64,000 nt of DNA from Verrucomicrobiota bacterium (GCA_039818205.1 JBCBUK010000006.1:32001-96000); one strand, 5' to 3'. Shown: positions 40,487-50,030, counted from the stretch's first letter. The notes: a model not told the origin generated them from the letters alone. Program-made: numbers and translations.

Positions 40487-41356
40487 TTACTTGTGGTAGT
40501 CGCCGGAGCCAAAATGAAAAGCGATAGTTCCTTCAATAACCTCTTCGGGTATTGGTCCAAAGTGACGGCTGTCGTAGGACTCCATGCGGTTGTCGCCCAT
40601 CACGAAGTATGTGCCTTTCGGAACAGAAATGGGTTCGGGCGGGAAGAATTTTTCGATAAATTTATTAAAGGCTCGGGGCTCGTTTTGAAACATCTCCTCA
40701 AACAGGGACATCGTTGCCTGCTGAGTAACATAGGGTTCGGGCGGCTCTTGGCCATTGATGATCGGGCGGCCGTTGCTTAGGTCGATCGTATCTCCGGGGA
40801 GCCCGATAACTCGTTTCATGTAGAGTGTTGGCTTAGGCTTTGGAGAAAACCCATTTGATGTTGGGGTTGGGGCCCAAAACACGATGATGTCACCCCGCTT
40901 TAGTTCGCGGACTTGCTTGTCGATGATGACAATATCCCTTCTATCGACCGTGGGTTCCATCGAGGCGGTTGGGATCTGGAACACGATCCCGGCGCGCCCT
41001 TGGAATGCCATTTTTAATGCGGTCGTAACACCGTAATCAATAAATGATGCGAGCAGAAAGAAGCCGAAGTAGTAAAACCATCGATTGAATTGTGAGAGAC
41101 TTTCCACGCCGCGGCCAGCCAGGCGAATCTGTTCAACAACGACGAGGATTCGAAAGGTGACCAACGTGACATACATTGCAATAGACAACCACAGCCAGCT
41201 TTGGAGGTAGGCAGTTGCCGCCGCGAGTACACCCAGTACAGGAAATCCAAATAGGTAAAGCAGCGCTTTCTTGACCCGCGCGTTGTACAAGGCACCCAAG
41301 CCCGGAATCAATAATGCGAGCAGGCCAGCGAGAAATCGGTTTCTTTTGATGGGCAT
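40487..41356 (-). CDS. lepB: Signal peptidase I with extra N-terminal TM domain
   Basis: TASMEPT (Ser), RGDIIVF, KRVIGLPGD (Lys), GDNR..S.DSR.FG. Confidence 0.9.
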   Translation of the reverse strand: MPIKRNRFLAGLLALLIPGLGALYNARVKKALLYLFGFPVLGVLAAATAYLQSWLWLSIAMYVTLVTFRILVVVEQIRLAGRGVESLSQFNRWFYYFGFFLLASFIDYGVTTALKMAFQGRAGIVFQIPTASMEPTVDRRDIVIIDKQVRELKRGDIIVFWAPTPTSNGFSPKPKPTLYMKRVIGLPGDTIDLSNGRPIINGQEPPEPYVTQQATMSLFEEMFQNEPRAFNKFIEKFFPPEPISVPKGTYFVMGDNRMESYDSRHFGPIPEEVIEGTIAFHFGSGDYHK

Positions 41357-41543
41357 TCTAAATGGAGTACGGGAATATCTGATAGTACAAGATTGTTAGT
41401 TACAAACTAATGTGGCCGATTATCGCGCGTTAGACAGCCAAAGAGTTTTTCGGTTGGTTGCAATCTCTAGGTGAACCTTAACGACAGACGCCGCATTGCC
41501 TCAAAGACTTGACGCGTCCCTGATCAACCTCCAATTAGCGAGC

Positions 41544-42353
41544 ATGGATTTGATCGACAGTCATTGTCACCTGGAGAAGTTTTATCAGCGCGGGATGTTG
41601 GACGATGTTTTGGCGCGGGCGGAGGAAGCTGGGGTGCGCCGCATGATTACGGTGGGCACGTCGCTGGACGACTGGGCGCTTTACCGAGACCTCGCAAAGA
41701 AGTATCCGGGAAAGGTTTATTGGACCGCGGGTTTGCACCCGTGTCATGTCGATGACGGTTGGCGGGATCAAGTCACCGCGCTGTCGACTTATTTTTCCGA
41801 CACGCCATCGCCCGTGGCCTTGGGTGAGATCGGGCTCGACTATTTTCACCTGCCGAAGTTTCCCGATGAGGCCGCGGAGTTGAAGAAGCACCAGGCGAAT
41901 GCGTTTCGCACGCAGTTGGACTTGGCGTTTCAATTTGATATGCCGGTGATCATTCATTCGCGCAATGCCTTCGACGACACCTTGGCGATGCTCAAGGAGG
42001 CAAAATTCCCTGGCGAGCGCGTGGTGTTCCATTGTTTTGCGGAAGGCGCTGAAGAAATGAAGCGACTGAACGAGTATGGCGGTCGCGGCTCATTCACGGG
42101 CGTCGCTACCTACAAGAGCGCGGAGAATGTTCGCGAGGCAGTTAAGGAGCAGGGGCCTGAGCGTGCCATGGTCGAAACCGATGCGCCCTATCTGGCACCC
42201 GTTCCGCATCGCGGTAAGGAATGCGAACCCGCGCACGTGTACCTGACGACGAACCAATGCGCGCAGGTTTTAGGAATGAATTCCGAGGCCTTCGCCGCCC
42301 AGGCGACTGCAAATACCGAGGCGTTTTTCGGTCTCGATAAGCAAGGTGACTAG
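41544..42353 (+). CDS. tatD: TatD-family DNase
   Basis: IDSHCHL, GLHP, GEIGLDY, IIHSR, FHCF, ETDAPYLAP. Confidence 0.95.
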   Translation: MDLIDSHCHLEKFYQRGMLDDVLARAEEAGVRRMITVGTSLDDWALYRDLAKKYPGKVYWTAGLHPCHVDDGWRDQVTALSTYFSDTPSPVALGEIGLDYFHLPKFPDEAAELKKHQANAFRTQLDLAFQFDMPVIIHSRNAFDDTLAMLKEAKFPGERVVFHCFAEGAEEMKRLNEYGGRGSFTGVATYKSAENVREAVKEQGPERAMVETDAPYLAPVPHRGKECEPAHVYLTTNQCAQVLGMNSEAFAAQATANTEAFFGLDKQGD

Positions 42354-42447
42354 ATCGCCCCGTGGGTGATTCCAGGGTTGAGAAATCGCGGGAAATTTCT
42401 CTAGATTGAACGATTGGTTTAATTTTTTGAAAGAGTTGCCGGGTAAA

Positions 42448-43320
42448 ATGAGCACCGAATCCACCACCGAGTCCGCCAAGGACAGCGTATTGATTGCCGC
42501 GATGTATCGCTTCTTCGATTTCCCAGATTTCGAGGAGTGGATTCCGCGTATCCAGGCTGTGTGCAACACCGGAAAGTTGCGCGGCATGTTGCTGATGGCG
42601 ACCGAAGGGCTCAATGGCACCATCGCTGGCCCGGAGAAAGGCATCCGCGAACTCATTGAGTTTCTGCAAAGCGAGCCGCGTATTAACGGCATGGAGGTCA
42701 AATATTCACGTTCTGAGTTTAACCCCTTTAAGCGCGACATCGTGCGCATCCGCCGGAAGAAAGAAATCGTTACCATGGGGGTCCCCGGGATCGATCCATT
42801 AACTCAAGCCGGTACTTACGTGAAGCCCGCGGAATGGAACGATCTCATTGCCGATCCCGATGTCGTGCTGATCGATGTTCGCAACGACTACGAAACCGCG
42901 CTTGGCAAGTTCGAGGGAGCGATCGCGCCCAACACCGAAGACTTCCGCCATTTCCCGGAATGGGTGAAGGAGAATCTCAATCCGGATAAAAACAAGAAGG
43001 TTGCGATGTATTGCACCGGCGGTATCCGGTGTGAGAAGGCGACCGCGCTGATGCGCCAGGAAGGATTTGAAGAAGTCTACCACTTGCATGGCGGCATCTT
43101 GCGCTACCTGGAAGAGACACCGACGGACTCTACGAAATGGGAAGGTGAGTGCTTTGTCTTCGACCACCGGGTATCCGTGGACCACAACCTCGAGCGTGGA
43201 CAATACGAATTACGTTGGGCTTGCGGGCACCCGAAGACCATCGATGGGGACGGCGAAGAATGCCCGATATGTCATTTTCGTGAAGATACCAACGATGATA
43301 AATCAGAGCTGAAATTGTAA
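42448..43320 (+). CDS. trhO: Rhodanese-domain tRNA U34 hydroxylase (YceA/TrhO)
   Basis: EGLNGT, KKEIVTMG, DVRNDYE..G.F.GA, YCTGGIRCEKA, HL.GGIL.YLE, G.CFVFD.R. Confidence 0.9.
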   Translation: MSTESTTESAKDSVLIAAMYRFFDFPDFEEWIPRIQAVCNTGKLRGMLLMATEGLNGTIAGPEKGIRELIEFLQSEPRINGMEVKYSRSEFNPFKRDIVRIRRKKEIVTMGVPGIDPLTQAGTYVKPAEWNDLIADPDVVLIDVRNDYETALGKFEGAIAPNTEDFRHFPEWVKENLNPDKNKKVAMYCTGGIRCEKATALMRQEGFEEVYHLHGGILRYLEETPTDSTKWEGECFVFDHRVSVDHNLERGQYELRWACGHPKTIDGDGEECPICHFREDTNDDKSELKL

Positions 43321-43356
43321 TTTTCACCCGGCGGATGTTCCGCTATAGTGCCGTTC

Positions 43357-43563
43357 ATGTCAGATCAAGCAGGACAAGGTTCGGCCGGCAATGTCATCGC
43401 GGCCCTGTGTAGTTTTTTCTTCCCGGGGCTTGGTCAATTGCTGCAAGGCCGACTTTTTATCGCCATTTTTATGTTCCTTACCGCGACGGTGCTTTGGGTC
43501 ATCTTCATGGGATGGATTATCCACCTGTGGTCGACTCTCGACGCTGCGATGTGGAAACCGTAG
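43357..43563 (+). CDS. Small membrane protein (PGLGQ/TM2-like motif)
   Basis: AALCSFFFPGLGQLLQGR followed by hydrophobic helices. Confidence 0.7.
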   Translation: MSDQAGQGSAGNVIAALCSFFFPGLGQLLQGRLFIAIFMFLTATVLWVIFMGWIIHLWSTLDAAMWKP

Positions 43564-44023
43564 GCGAGGGAGGCTTTCGATAGTGCTCGATCTTTGCCCG
43601 CAGTTGATCATACCGGGTCTGGTCGATGTTACCTTGCTTACGCCGATCTTCGAGTCCGATGAGCATATCGGACTCAGATAGGTGGCACCAGTCCCACGCC
43701 ATCATCTCAAAATTGTACCATCCGGCGGTCTCCCAGGCGATCATCCGCATTTCCTGGATGTCTTCCCGTTGGTAGCCACGCGCGAGCAGCTCCTTGATAT
43801 GTCGACCGTAGTAAGGCGGTTCGTGATCCGTATCCAATACCTCCTCGAGAATGCATTCCCAGGAATCAAGATTGGGTAGTGGCTCAATGCTTGCCTGTTG
43901 TTGCGGAGACCGAGAATCAAACCAAGCCAGCCCATCAAGCAGACGTCCGCTAGACTGAACGTCTTTTAAAAAGCTCTTGGTCAAAAAAACAGGCATTTTG
44001 TCATCATAGATGACAAGCCGCAC
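43517..44023 (-). CDS. Hypothetical Trp-rich protein
   Basis: 168-aa ORF just downstream of the SDR-like gene on the same strand; 47-nt convergent overlap at its 3' end. Confidence 0.55.
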   Translation of the reverse strand: MRLVIYDDKMPVFLTKSFLKDVQSSGRLLDGLAWFDSRSPQQQASIEPLPNLDSWECILEEVLDTDHEPPYYGRHIKELLARGYQREDIQEMRMIAWETAGWYNFEMMAWDWCHLSESDMLIGLEDRRKQGNIDQTRYDQLRAKIEHYRKPPSPTVSTSQRRESTTGG

Positions 44024-44061
44024 CTAGTCCAATAATTCTTCGCCTACGAGCAGGAGGTTGG

Positions 44062-45639
44062 TCAATCCCCGCCAGGTTCCGTCGCAACTTTCTTCACGGC
44101 CTTTTTAGCTGCTTTCTTGGCGGCCTTCTTGGTCGCCTTTTTTGCTGCTTTCTTGGTGGCCTTCTTAGCGGCTTTTTTGGCCGCCTTCTTCGTTGCCTTC
44201 TTAGCGGCCTTTTTGGCCACCTTCTTCTTTGGCTTCGGTGTCTCCGCTGAGACAGCCGATTCCGTAGCAACTGGCTTTGGTTCTGCCGTCTTCTCTGATT
44301 TTACGGATTCAGTGGCAGATTTTTGCGGAGAGGGGTGAGGCTTTTCGGCATCGGAACGTGGCTTGGAATCTCTTCGTGCTGGCGCGGTTTCGGTCGGTTT
44401 CGCTGGTCGCTCATCCGACGGCCGGGTGTCTTGGTCACGCTGCGGAGGACGATCCCCTTGCTGTGCGTTACCCTCGCGTGGTGCACCGTCTTGGGGTGGG
44501 CGTTGACCCTGACCGTCGCGATCGCGACGGTTGCGACCACCGCGGCGGCGGCGACGGCGACGCTTCTTGTTACCATCTCCATCTTCGCCTTGGTTTTGAT
44601 CGCGGCTCTGGTCCCGGTTCTGGTCCCCGTCTTGACGTTGGCGCTGTGGTTGGCGGTCGCCGTCTTTTTCGCGTCGGCCATCTCTTGGCTGCTTCCGATC
44701 ACGCTTGCGCTGGAGGTCCCGTTTGACCTCTTCTTTGCGCTTGTTGATTAAATTGCGAGACTCGGCAAGCATGCGATCGAGCTCATCATCGTCATCATCG
44801 TCGTCCCACTCGTCATCTTCATCGGGCGGCGGTGCATCAAATGGACGCTCCCGCGGCGGTGTTGGGATGGGTTCGGGCTCGACCGGGAAAAATTTGCGCT
44901 CGGGTAGCTGCACGCTATGAGAGGCTTTGACGAGTGGCGCCACACTGGCGGGAATTTTTGGCTCTTCCCGGGTTCCTTGCGGGCGGACCACGATTTCGCT
45001 GAGGCAATTGTTTTCCTTGTAGCGAAGAACGGTCTCCACGGCTTGAGCAAACAAAGGTGCTTCAATCGAGCTTTGTGGTTCCATGACCAGCCGCGATTGC
45101 GGATCTGGTTCGCCCGGGTTATACTCAGGATAGAGCGTACTCACTTTTACGCCCGTGTCTCGAACTTCATCATACAGCTTGCGGGCAAAAAAGTGCAACC
45201 CACCTTGGGTGGCGGCGTTGATAGCGCCGCTCGGCCCATGCCCGGTTCCATTCCAGGCTATGTTGATCACGTAGCCATGGTAGCGAATCAGACTGGGCAG
45301 GGCTAGCCGAGTGAGCACCAGCGGGCACAAGAGCTCCGTTTGCACGGTGTACTCGAGCGAATCCAGTGGCGAGGCTTCGAAACTATCTTCAGCTCGGTGT
45401 TGGGCCGCATTGACCAGGACCGAGACCATTGGGTCTCGCCCGTTGATCTGCTCCCAGGCACTTTCAAGTTCGGCCCGTGCAGTCAGGTCACAGGTGACTT
45501 GAACAAAATCAGGATGCTCAAAGGGGCATTGGTTAAAGTCTTGGGCGAAGCCGTAAACACGGAAGCCGAGGTCGATGAGTTTCCGGGCGATCTGCAGGCC
45601 TATGCCGCGTTCAGCGCCGGTGACGATTGCTATGTCCAT
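44062..45639 (-). CDS. SDR-fold protein (catalytic residues degenerate) fused to a long disordered acidic/Arg-rich/histone-H1-like tail
   Basis: TGAERGIG Rossmann motif, CDL, VLVNAA, GVKVSTLYP; YxxxK position reads NAATQ; C-terminal low-complexity region. Confidence 0.85.
   Translation of the reverse strand: MDIAIVTGAERGIGLQIARKLIDLGFRVYGFAQDFNQCPFEHPDFVQVTCDLTARAELESAWEQINGRDPMVSVLVNAAQHRAEDSFEASPLDSLEYTVQTELLCPLVLTRLALPSLIRYHGYVINIAWNGTGHGPSGAINAATQGGLHFFARKLYDEVRDTGVKVSTLYPEYNPGEPDPQSRLVMEPQSSIEAPLFAQAVETVLRYKENNCLSEIVVRPQGTREEPKIPASVAPLVKASHSVQLPERKFFPVEPEPIPTPPRERPFDAPPPDEDDEWDDDDDDDELDRMLAESRNLINKRKEEVKRDLQRKRDRKQPRDGRREKDGDRQPQRQRQDGDQNRDQSRDQNQGEDGDGNKKRRRRRRRGGRNRRDRDGQGQRPPQDGAPREGNAQQGDRPPQRDQDTRPSDERPAKPTETAPARRDSKPRSDAEKPHPSPQKSATESVKSEKTAEPKPVATESAVSAETPKPKKKVAKKAAKKATKKAAKKAAKKATKKAAKKATKKAAKKAAKKAVKKVATEPGGD
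44083..44226 (-). repeat. 12 tandem 12-nt coding repeats encoding KK(A/V)(A/T/V)
   Basis: KKVA KKAA KKAT KKAA KKAA KKAT KKAA KKAT KKAA KKAA KKAV KKVA. Confidence 0.9.
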
Positions 45640-46646
45640 ATCTGTAGTTTGTCCGCGGGGATAAATCGGGTCAGCTCAGTGCGTGCGAAATCAATCAGCA
45701 TTTCGCGTTCATTGTGCGGATGGGTGACAACTCCGTTCTCCCGGTGGTAGAAGCGGTAGGCCAAATCCGTATCGGGCCGATTTTTTTTCAAGCGGTTAAA
45801 GTATTCGGTATTGAGTCGGAATACACCCAAACTCACATCAACGACGTTGTTTGGAGGGATTCTCGCAAAGGTTTCAGTAAACAGTTCTCGGTAACTAGAC
45901 CGCCAATTAGCGTTGGGCAAGACCGGATCGAAACATAATCGAACGGGCCATCCAGCCTGACTTGCCAGCGAAAGCGCTTTTAACCGTTGGTTTACCGGGG
46001 CTGTATCCTGTTCATAACGCTCGATAATTTCTTGCGGTGACAAGGTCCAGGCCAGGACTGCTCGGGGATGCGGTTCCAGGTCCTGCAGTGCCGCCCAGTT
46101 GCCGCTCTTGGTCCGCATCTCGATGACTAGATCCGGCTGTTGCCGTGCAAATTCAATCCATTCCCGACAGTAGGGAAGGATACGCTCCGAGGCCAACAGG
46201 TCGCTTTCGTAGGAAATCGCCAATTCAAGCGGCTTGCTGGGATTACTTCGTTGGGAGAGGGCACGCTCGGCGGCTTCAAAATAGTCCTCCAGGTTGACGA
46301 ACGCGACGAGGTTGGCCGAGGTATACATCCCTTGGAGGAAGCAATAAGCGCAATTGTAGAGGCAGTTGAGCTGAAGGGTGGTGTAATGGAAGTTGGCCAC
46401 ATCACGTCCTTGCACATATTCGTTGGCAGGATAGAGGAAGTCCTGCTTTTTCCGGGCGAGGATGAGTGCCTTACTCTGCTTTTGACGCTGAAAGTCCTGT
46501 CCGGGGCGGTTGAAAACATCTCGGTAGTCCTCAATGTCAACGCGCTGCGCCGTCGGAAACCGCTGGAGGATCTGTTGGGCAAACGGATAGGCGTTGGCCC
46601 CGCGTTCGACGTAGATTCGGCTAAAGTGTTTGGCGGCCTGGCTCAT
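45630..46646 (-). CDS. Spore-photoproduct-lyase (SplB)-like radical SAM protein
   Basis: NCLYNCAYCFLQG (CxxxCxxC), FVN.ED, SD, E.RTKS, WTLSP...E..T....RL, GWPV...DPV. Confidence 0.85.
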   Translation of the reverse strand: MSQAAKHFSRIYVERGANAYPFAQQILQRFPTAQRVDIEDYRDVFNRPGQDFQRQKQSKALILARKKQDFLYPANEYVQGRDVANFHYTTLQLNCLYNCAYCFLQGMYTSANLVAFVNLEDYFEAAERALSQRSNPSKPLELAISYESDLLASERILPYCREWIEFARQQPDLVIEMRTKSGNWAALQDLEPHPRAVLAWTLSPQEIIERYEQDTAPVNQRLKALSLASQAGWPVRLCFDPVLPNANWRSSYRELFTETFARIPPNNVVDVSLGVFRLNTEYFNRLKKNRPDTDLAYRFYHRENGVVTHPHNEREMLIDFARTELTRFIPADKLQIWT

Positions 46647-47509
46647 TCGACTCCCGGTTTGAGCGCGTCGCGCAAATGTTCCACCAGCGCGTTGCGCTCG
46701 CGTTTGTGGGCAGGCGGCGCAGCGATCACCGCTTCTAGGGCTGTTTGGGCCTCAGTTGTTGGCTGCCCCCGAAGCATAGCGGCGATCAACCAATCGTGTA
46801 CTTGGCTCGATTGAGCATCCGTAAGGCGGCACCGCTCCCGGAGAGCGTCAAAAGCAACCTGCAGTGCCGCATCGAGCCTTGGGCATGCGGTATTCTCCAT
46901 GGAGGCTGCCGCGGCAATGACCAACTCAATCGTCTCCAGTTGGTCCTTCAGGTGCGCTTGCAAGGCAGCTTTGTCGATCGGGCGGCCGTCGAGGTGATCA
47001 CTGACCAGCTTGATGACCTGCGCCCGGTGAATCGGCAGAAAGGCGCGTGCAGCCTCTAGGAAACCGGCCGCTTCCATGTCGACTAGATCAGTTTCGACTA
47101 CTCCTGGCTCAGGTTGAATCACGGGTCGACTATGCGTGCCTAGCGATCCTTCCGGCAATTCATGACGAAACAGAATCTCCGGGATGAATTCGCGTTGAGC
47201 GTCCACCGCACGAACCCGATTGACTAGCACCAACTCACCAATTGCTTGGTCACGATTGCGGCTGCCAGCAAAGCCCAGGTTGACCACGAGCGGCAAGGAT
47301 TGCTGCAGGCTTGCCCGATGAGTCAGAAGAGCCGCTGTCGCGGCTGCTGAGGCCGTCGGGCCCACTCCGGAGACGATCAATCCATAGGCGTCTCCCTGCC
47401 AGCGTTCAAAACGACCGAGATCGTCCATCCGCCGAAGCCCCCACCCGTCAATCAGCGGGCGAGCCTCAATGCTCAGAGCGGTGACGATCCAAATGTCCGG
47501 TTCATTCAT
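46643..47509 (-). CDS. Nucleoside phosphorylase/MTA-SAH nucleosidase-like protein (PNP_UDP_1 fold)
   Basis: TAL..EA, SGVG, N.G.AG, VDMEAAG, K.VSD. Confidence 0.8.
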   Translation of the reverse strand: MNEPDIWIVTALSIEARPLIDGWGLRRMDDLGRFERWQGDAYGLIVSGVGPTASAAATAALLTHRASLQQSLPLVVNLGFAGSRNRDQAIGELVLVNRVRAVDAQREFIPEILFRHELPEGSLGTHSRPVIQPEPGVVETDLVDMEAAGFLEAARAFLPIHRAQVIKLVSDHLDGRPIDKAALQAHLKDQLETIELVIAAAASMENTACPRLDAALQVAFDALRERCRLTDAQSSQVHDWLIAAMLRGQPTTEAQTALEAVIAAPPAHKRERNALVEHLRDALKPGVE

Positions 47510-47742
47510 GATCCTAAATTATGGACTCCTCTCAGTGCACTCATCAAGGTTGCATGTGGTGCATTGTTGGTGGCGATCATTGATGATTCTGCGAAGCGTG
47601 GGGAACGATTGGAATAATATTTCCGGTTTGGTCCTTAGATGGCTCCCATATCAGGTGAATTTTGCAGTGCTGGTGCCTGCGCTAGTCTCTTCCTCAAATT
47701 AAAAACGATTGTAACTAAAAATATCCTAGTTAGGTTAACATT

Positions 47743-48168
47743 ATGAGATTCCTAACACTTTTACTTGGATTAGTACATTTTTGCACCCTTGGCTTTGCCC
47801 AGGACTCGTCGGAACCGAGAGATGGCGACGTCAAAGTTTCGCGAGAACCCGTTGTATCCGTAGAGGATGGAGAAAACGCGCCAAGGCGGGTGATTCGCCA
47901 GCGCGTCGACTCCAAGGAGGTTATTTTGAGTCGCGGAGACAACAGGAATCCCTTGGTGGTCGACGAGAGGCCACCTTTGGTCATCGGCAAACCAGTCGCG
48001 ATCTACAAGAAGACCGAGCTTCCATTGTCCATTGCTGGGTTTGGATTGGGGAAGGGGTCGCGTTTTACGCTGCTAGACGCACAAGGAGACTGGATTCGCG
48101 TGCAAGGAAAAGACCGTTCGGCCTGGATAAACACCAATGACTTTATCATCATCCAAGAATTGGAATAG
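47743..48168 (+). CDS. Exported hypothetical protein with SH3-like C-terminus
   Basis: Signal peptide; G.RFTLLDAQGDWIRV....AWI pattern. Confidence 0.6.
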   Translation: MRFLTLLLGLVHFCTLGFAQDSSEPRDGDVKVSREPVVSVEDGENAPRRVIRQRVDSKEVILSRGDNRNPLVVDERPPLVIGKPVAIYKKTELPLSIAGFGLGKGSRFTLLDAQGDWIRVQGKDRSAWINTNDFIIIQELE

Positions 48169-48317
48169 CTCCAATTTGATGAGGAGCGGCATCGTTCGCC
48201 GGGTAGCGCTGATAAAAAGATCGCTCTGAGGAGCATCATTTTTACTTTAGGAATCGAATGCACTGCTAGGCCATTCCCAGTGCGGCCAATGTCGGCCATC
48301 GGTAACTGAATGCGCAT

Positions 48318-49022
48318 ATGAACTCGGTCATTATATATTCGGGCGGTCTCGATTCCTCCGTCCTGCTCCACCAGCTGCATCAGGCTGGGGGCGAGCTCGC
48401 CGCGATGAGCATTAACTACGGGCAGCGCCATGCCCGCGAAATTGAATGCGCGAAACGCAATTGTAGCCGCTTGGGCATCGAACACCGCGAAGTGGACCTC
48501 CGGCAGATTGCGCCATTGCTTGGTCACAATAGCCTCACCGATGCGAGTGTGGCCGTGCCCAAGGGCCACTACACCGAGGATACGATGAAGGCGACGGTGG
48601 TCCCAAACCGGAATATGATCATGCTGTCGATTGCCACTGGCTGGGCAATTGCGCGCTCGGCCGATTGCGTTGCCTACGCGGCACATTCGGGCGATCACGC
48701 CATTTATCCCGATTGCCGGACTGAGTTTGCGGACGCCCTGGACGCCGCCATTCGCCTGGCGGACTGGAAAGAAGTTTCACTCTACCGACCGTTTGTCGAA
48801 ATGACGAAAGCCGATATCGTGCGCCGGGGGGCCGAGCTCAACGTGCCCTTTGAAGACACTTGGTCCTGCTACGAGGGGGGTGAGCTGCACTGTGGACGCT
48901 GCGGCACCTGCATCGAGCGTCGAGAGGCGTTTTACCTGGCTGGTGTGGACGACCCAACGCGCTATGAAGATGCTGCTCCGTCGGTCGAAGAATTACTAGC
49001 CAACGATTGGAGGCTCTCATGA
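48318..49022 (+). CDS. queC: 7-cyano-7-deazaguanine (preQ0) synthase
   Basis: SGGLDS, YGQRH, VPNRN, YPDCR, TWSCY, CGRCGTC.ER. Confidence 0.96.
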   Translation: MNSVIIYSGGLDSSVLLHQLHQAGGELAAMSINYGQRHAREIECAKRNCSRLGIEHREVDLRQIAPLLGHNSLTDASVAVPKGHYTEDTMKATVVPNRNMIMLSIATGWAIARSADCVAYAAHSGDHAIYPDCRTEFADALDAAIRLADWKEVSLYRPFVEMTKADIVRRGAELNVPFEDTWSCYEGGELHCGRCGTCIERREAFYLAGVDDPTRYEDAAPSVEELLANDWRLS

Positions 49023-49450
49023 TCACCTGCCGCAAAACCTACACCGACGTTCCCTTTGCTCACCGACAGCCAGACCATGATGGCCATTGCCGCTTCGTGC
49101 ACGGCCATAATTGGACAATCACCGTGACCTTTGCATGTCGTGAACGTGATCAGAATGGCTTCGTGATCGACTACGGTAAGCTGGGCTTTCTCAAGGCCTG
49201 GATCGAAGAAAACCTCGATCATGCCTGCGTTTTCCGTGAGGATGACCCGCTGATGGACGCCCTGGTGTCATCGGCGCCGGAAGCCTGGAAGGTCTATGTC
49301 GTCAAGGATTGTTCCAATGAGGGACTGGCAATGCACGTCTTCGACGTCTTCGACCAACTGGTACGGAAAGAGTCCGCCGACCGGGCGTGGGTCGTTTCGG
49401 TGGACATCAAGGAAGACAGTAAAAATGGCGCGTGCTATCAGCCCGACTAG
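49019..49450 (+). CDS. queD: 6-carboxy-5,6,7,8-tetrahydropterin synthase
   Basis: AHR, C..VHGHNW, VIDY, LDH, S.EGLA; ATGA overlap with queC. Confidence 0.9.
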   Translation: MITCRKTYTDVPFAHRQPDHDGHCRFVHGHNWTITVTFACRERDQNGFVIDYGKLGFLKAWIEENLDHACVFREDDPLMDALVSSAPEAWKVYVVKDCSNEGLAMHVFDVFDQLVRKESADRAWVVSVDIKEDSKNGACYQPD

Positions 49451-49456
49451 GAAAGG

Positions 49457-49954
49457 CTACGCCGAGCGGGCGTTGTGATCTTGCTTTTGCTCAAGCTCCA
49501 CCCGGAGCACTTCCAGCTCTTGTGCTTTGACCATGAGTGCTTCCTCCGACTCTTGGAGGTATAGTTCGCGCTCCTCAAACTCGGCCTTACGCGTATCGAT
49601 GGTTTCTAGGAAAGTGACGTACTCGCGCAAAATTTCAGTGATCCGATGGGTGTCTGCAAGGTCCTCTTTCAGCGCGGCGACTTCGTCCATCATGTGTTGG
49701 ATGGGGCCAGCAGGCTTCAGCGGGTTGCTGGCGTCTTCGTCCTCTTCTTCGGTCAGCAATGACCACGGCGCACCGTCAACGTCGGCATGATCCTGATGGA
49801 GGACACAGATCTCCCAATCCGGGTAACGTTCTTGGAGGTCACGGATGCCAGCGGTGGATTGTGGCTCATCCAATACGTTGTCACCCACTGCTACCCAGAA
49901 CAGATCCTTTTTCTTCGCAGCCTTTACGAATTTTTTGAGCTGAGTTAATGTCAT
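49457..49954 (-). CDS. Hypothetical protein with acidic C-terminal coiled coil
   Basis: 165-aa ORF between queD and queE; E/K/Q-rich heptads. Confidence 0.65.
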   Translation of the reverse strand: MTLTQLKKFVKAAKKKDLFWVAVGDNVLDEPQSTAGIRDLQERYPDWEICVLHQDHADVDGAPWSLLTEEEDEDASNPLKPAGPIQHMMDEVAALKEDLADTHRITEILREYVTFLETIDTRKAEFEERELYLQESEEALMVKAQELEVLRVELEQKQDHNARSA

Positions 49955-50016
49955 GGTTCGGGCGGCGTTAAAGCGTCGGCGACATATTATTTGATTGAGA
50001 TTTTTCCCCCATGTAA

Positions 50017-50030
50017 AGCATATATATGCT
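50017..50030. promoter_or_regulatory. Perfect 14-bp palindrome in the divergent intergenic region before queE
   Basis: AGCATATATATGCT. Confidence 0.45.

Noticed and set aside
44083..44226. Tandem repeat as CRISPR or VNTR
   Set aside because: It is a degenerate coding repeat with synonymous variation and no spacers; no cas genes are present.
47510..47742. SOS box upstream of the SplB-like operon
   Set aside because: No TGTTC-N4-GAACA (Verrucomicrobia LexA motif) found by eye, so SOS control is unsupported.
48169..48317. Possible preQ1 riboswitch upstream of queC (AGCG...CGCT stem followed by GATAAAAAG)
   Set aside because: The stem is short and the loop lacks the preQ1-I consensus. An Infernal search with the preQ1 models would settle it.
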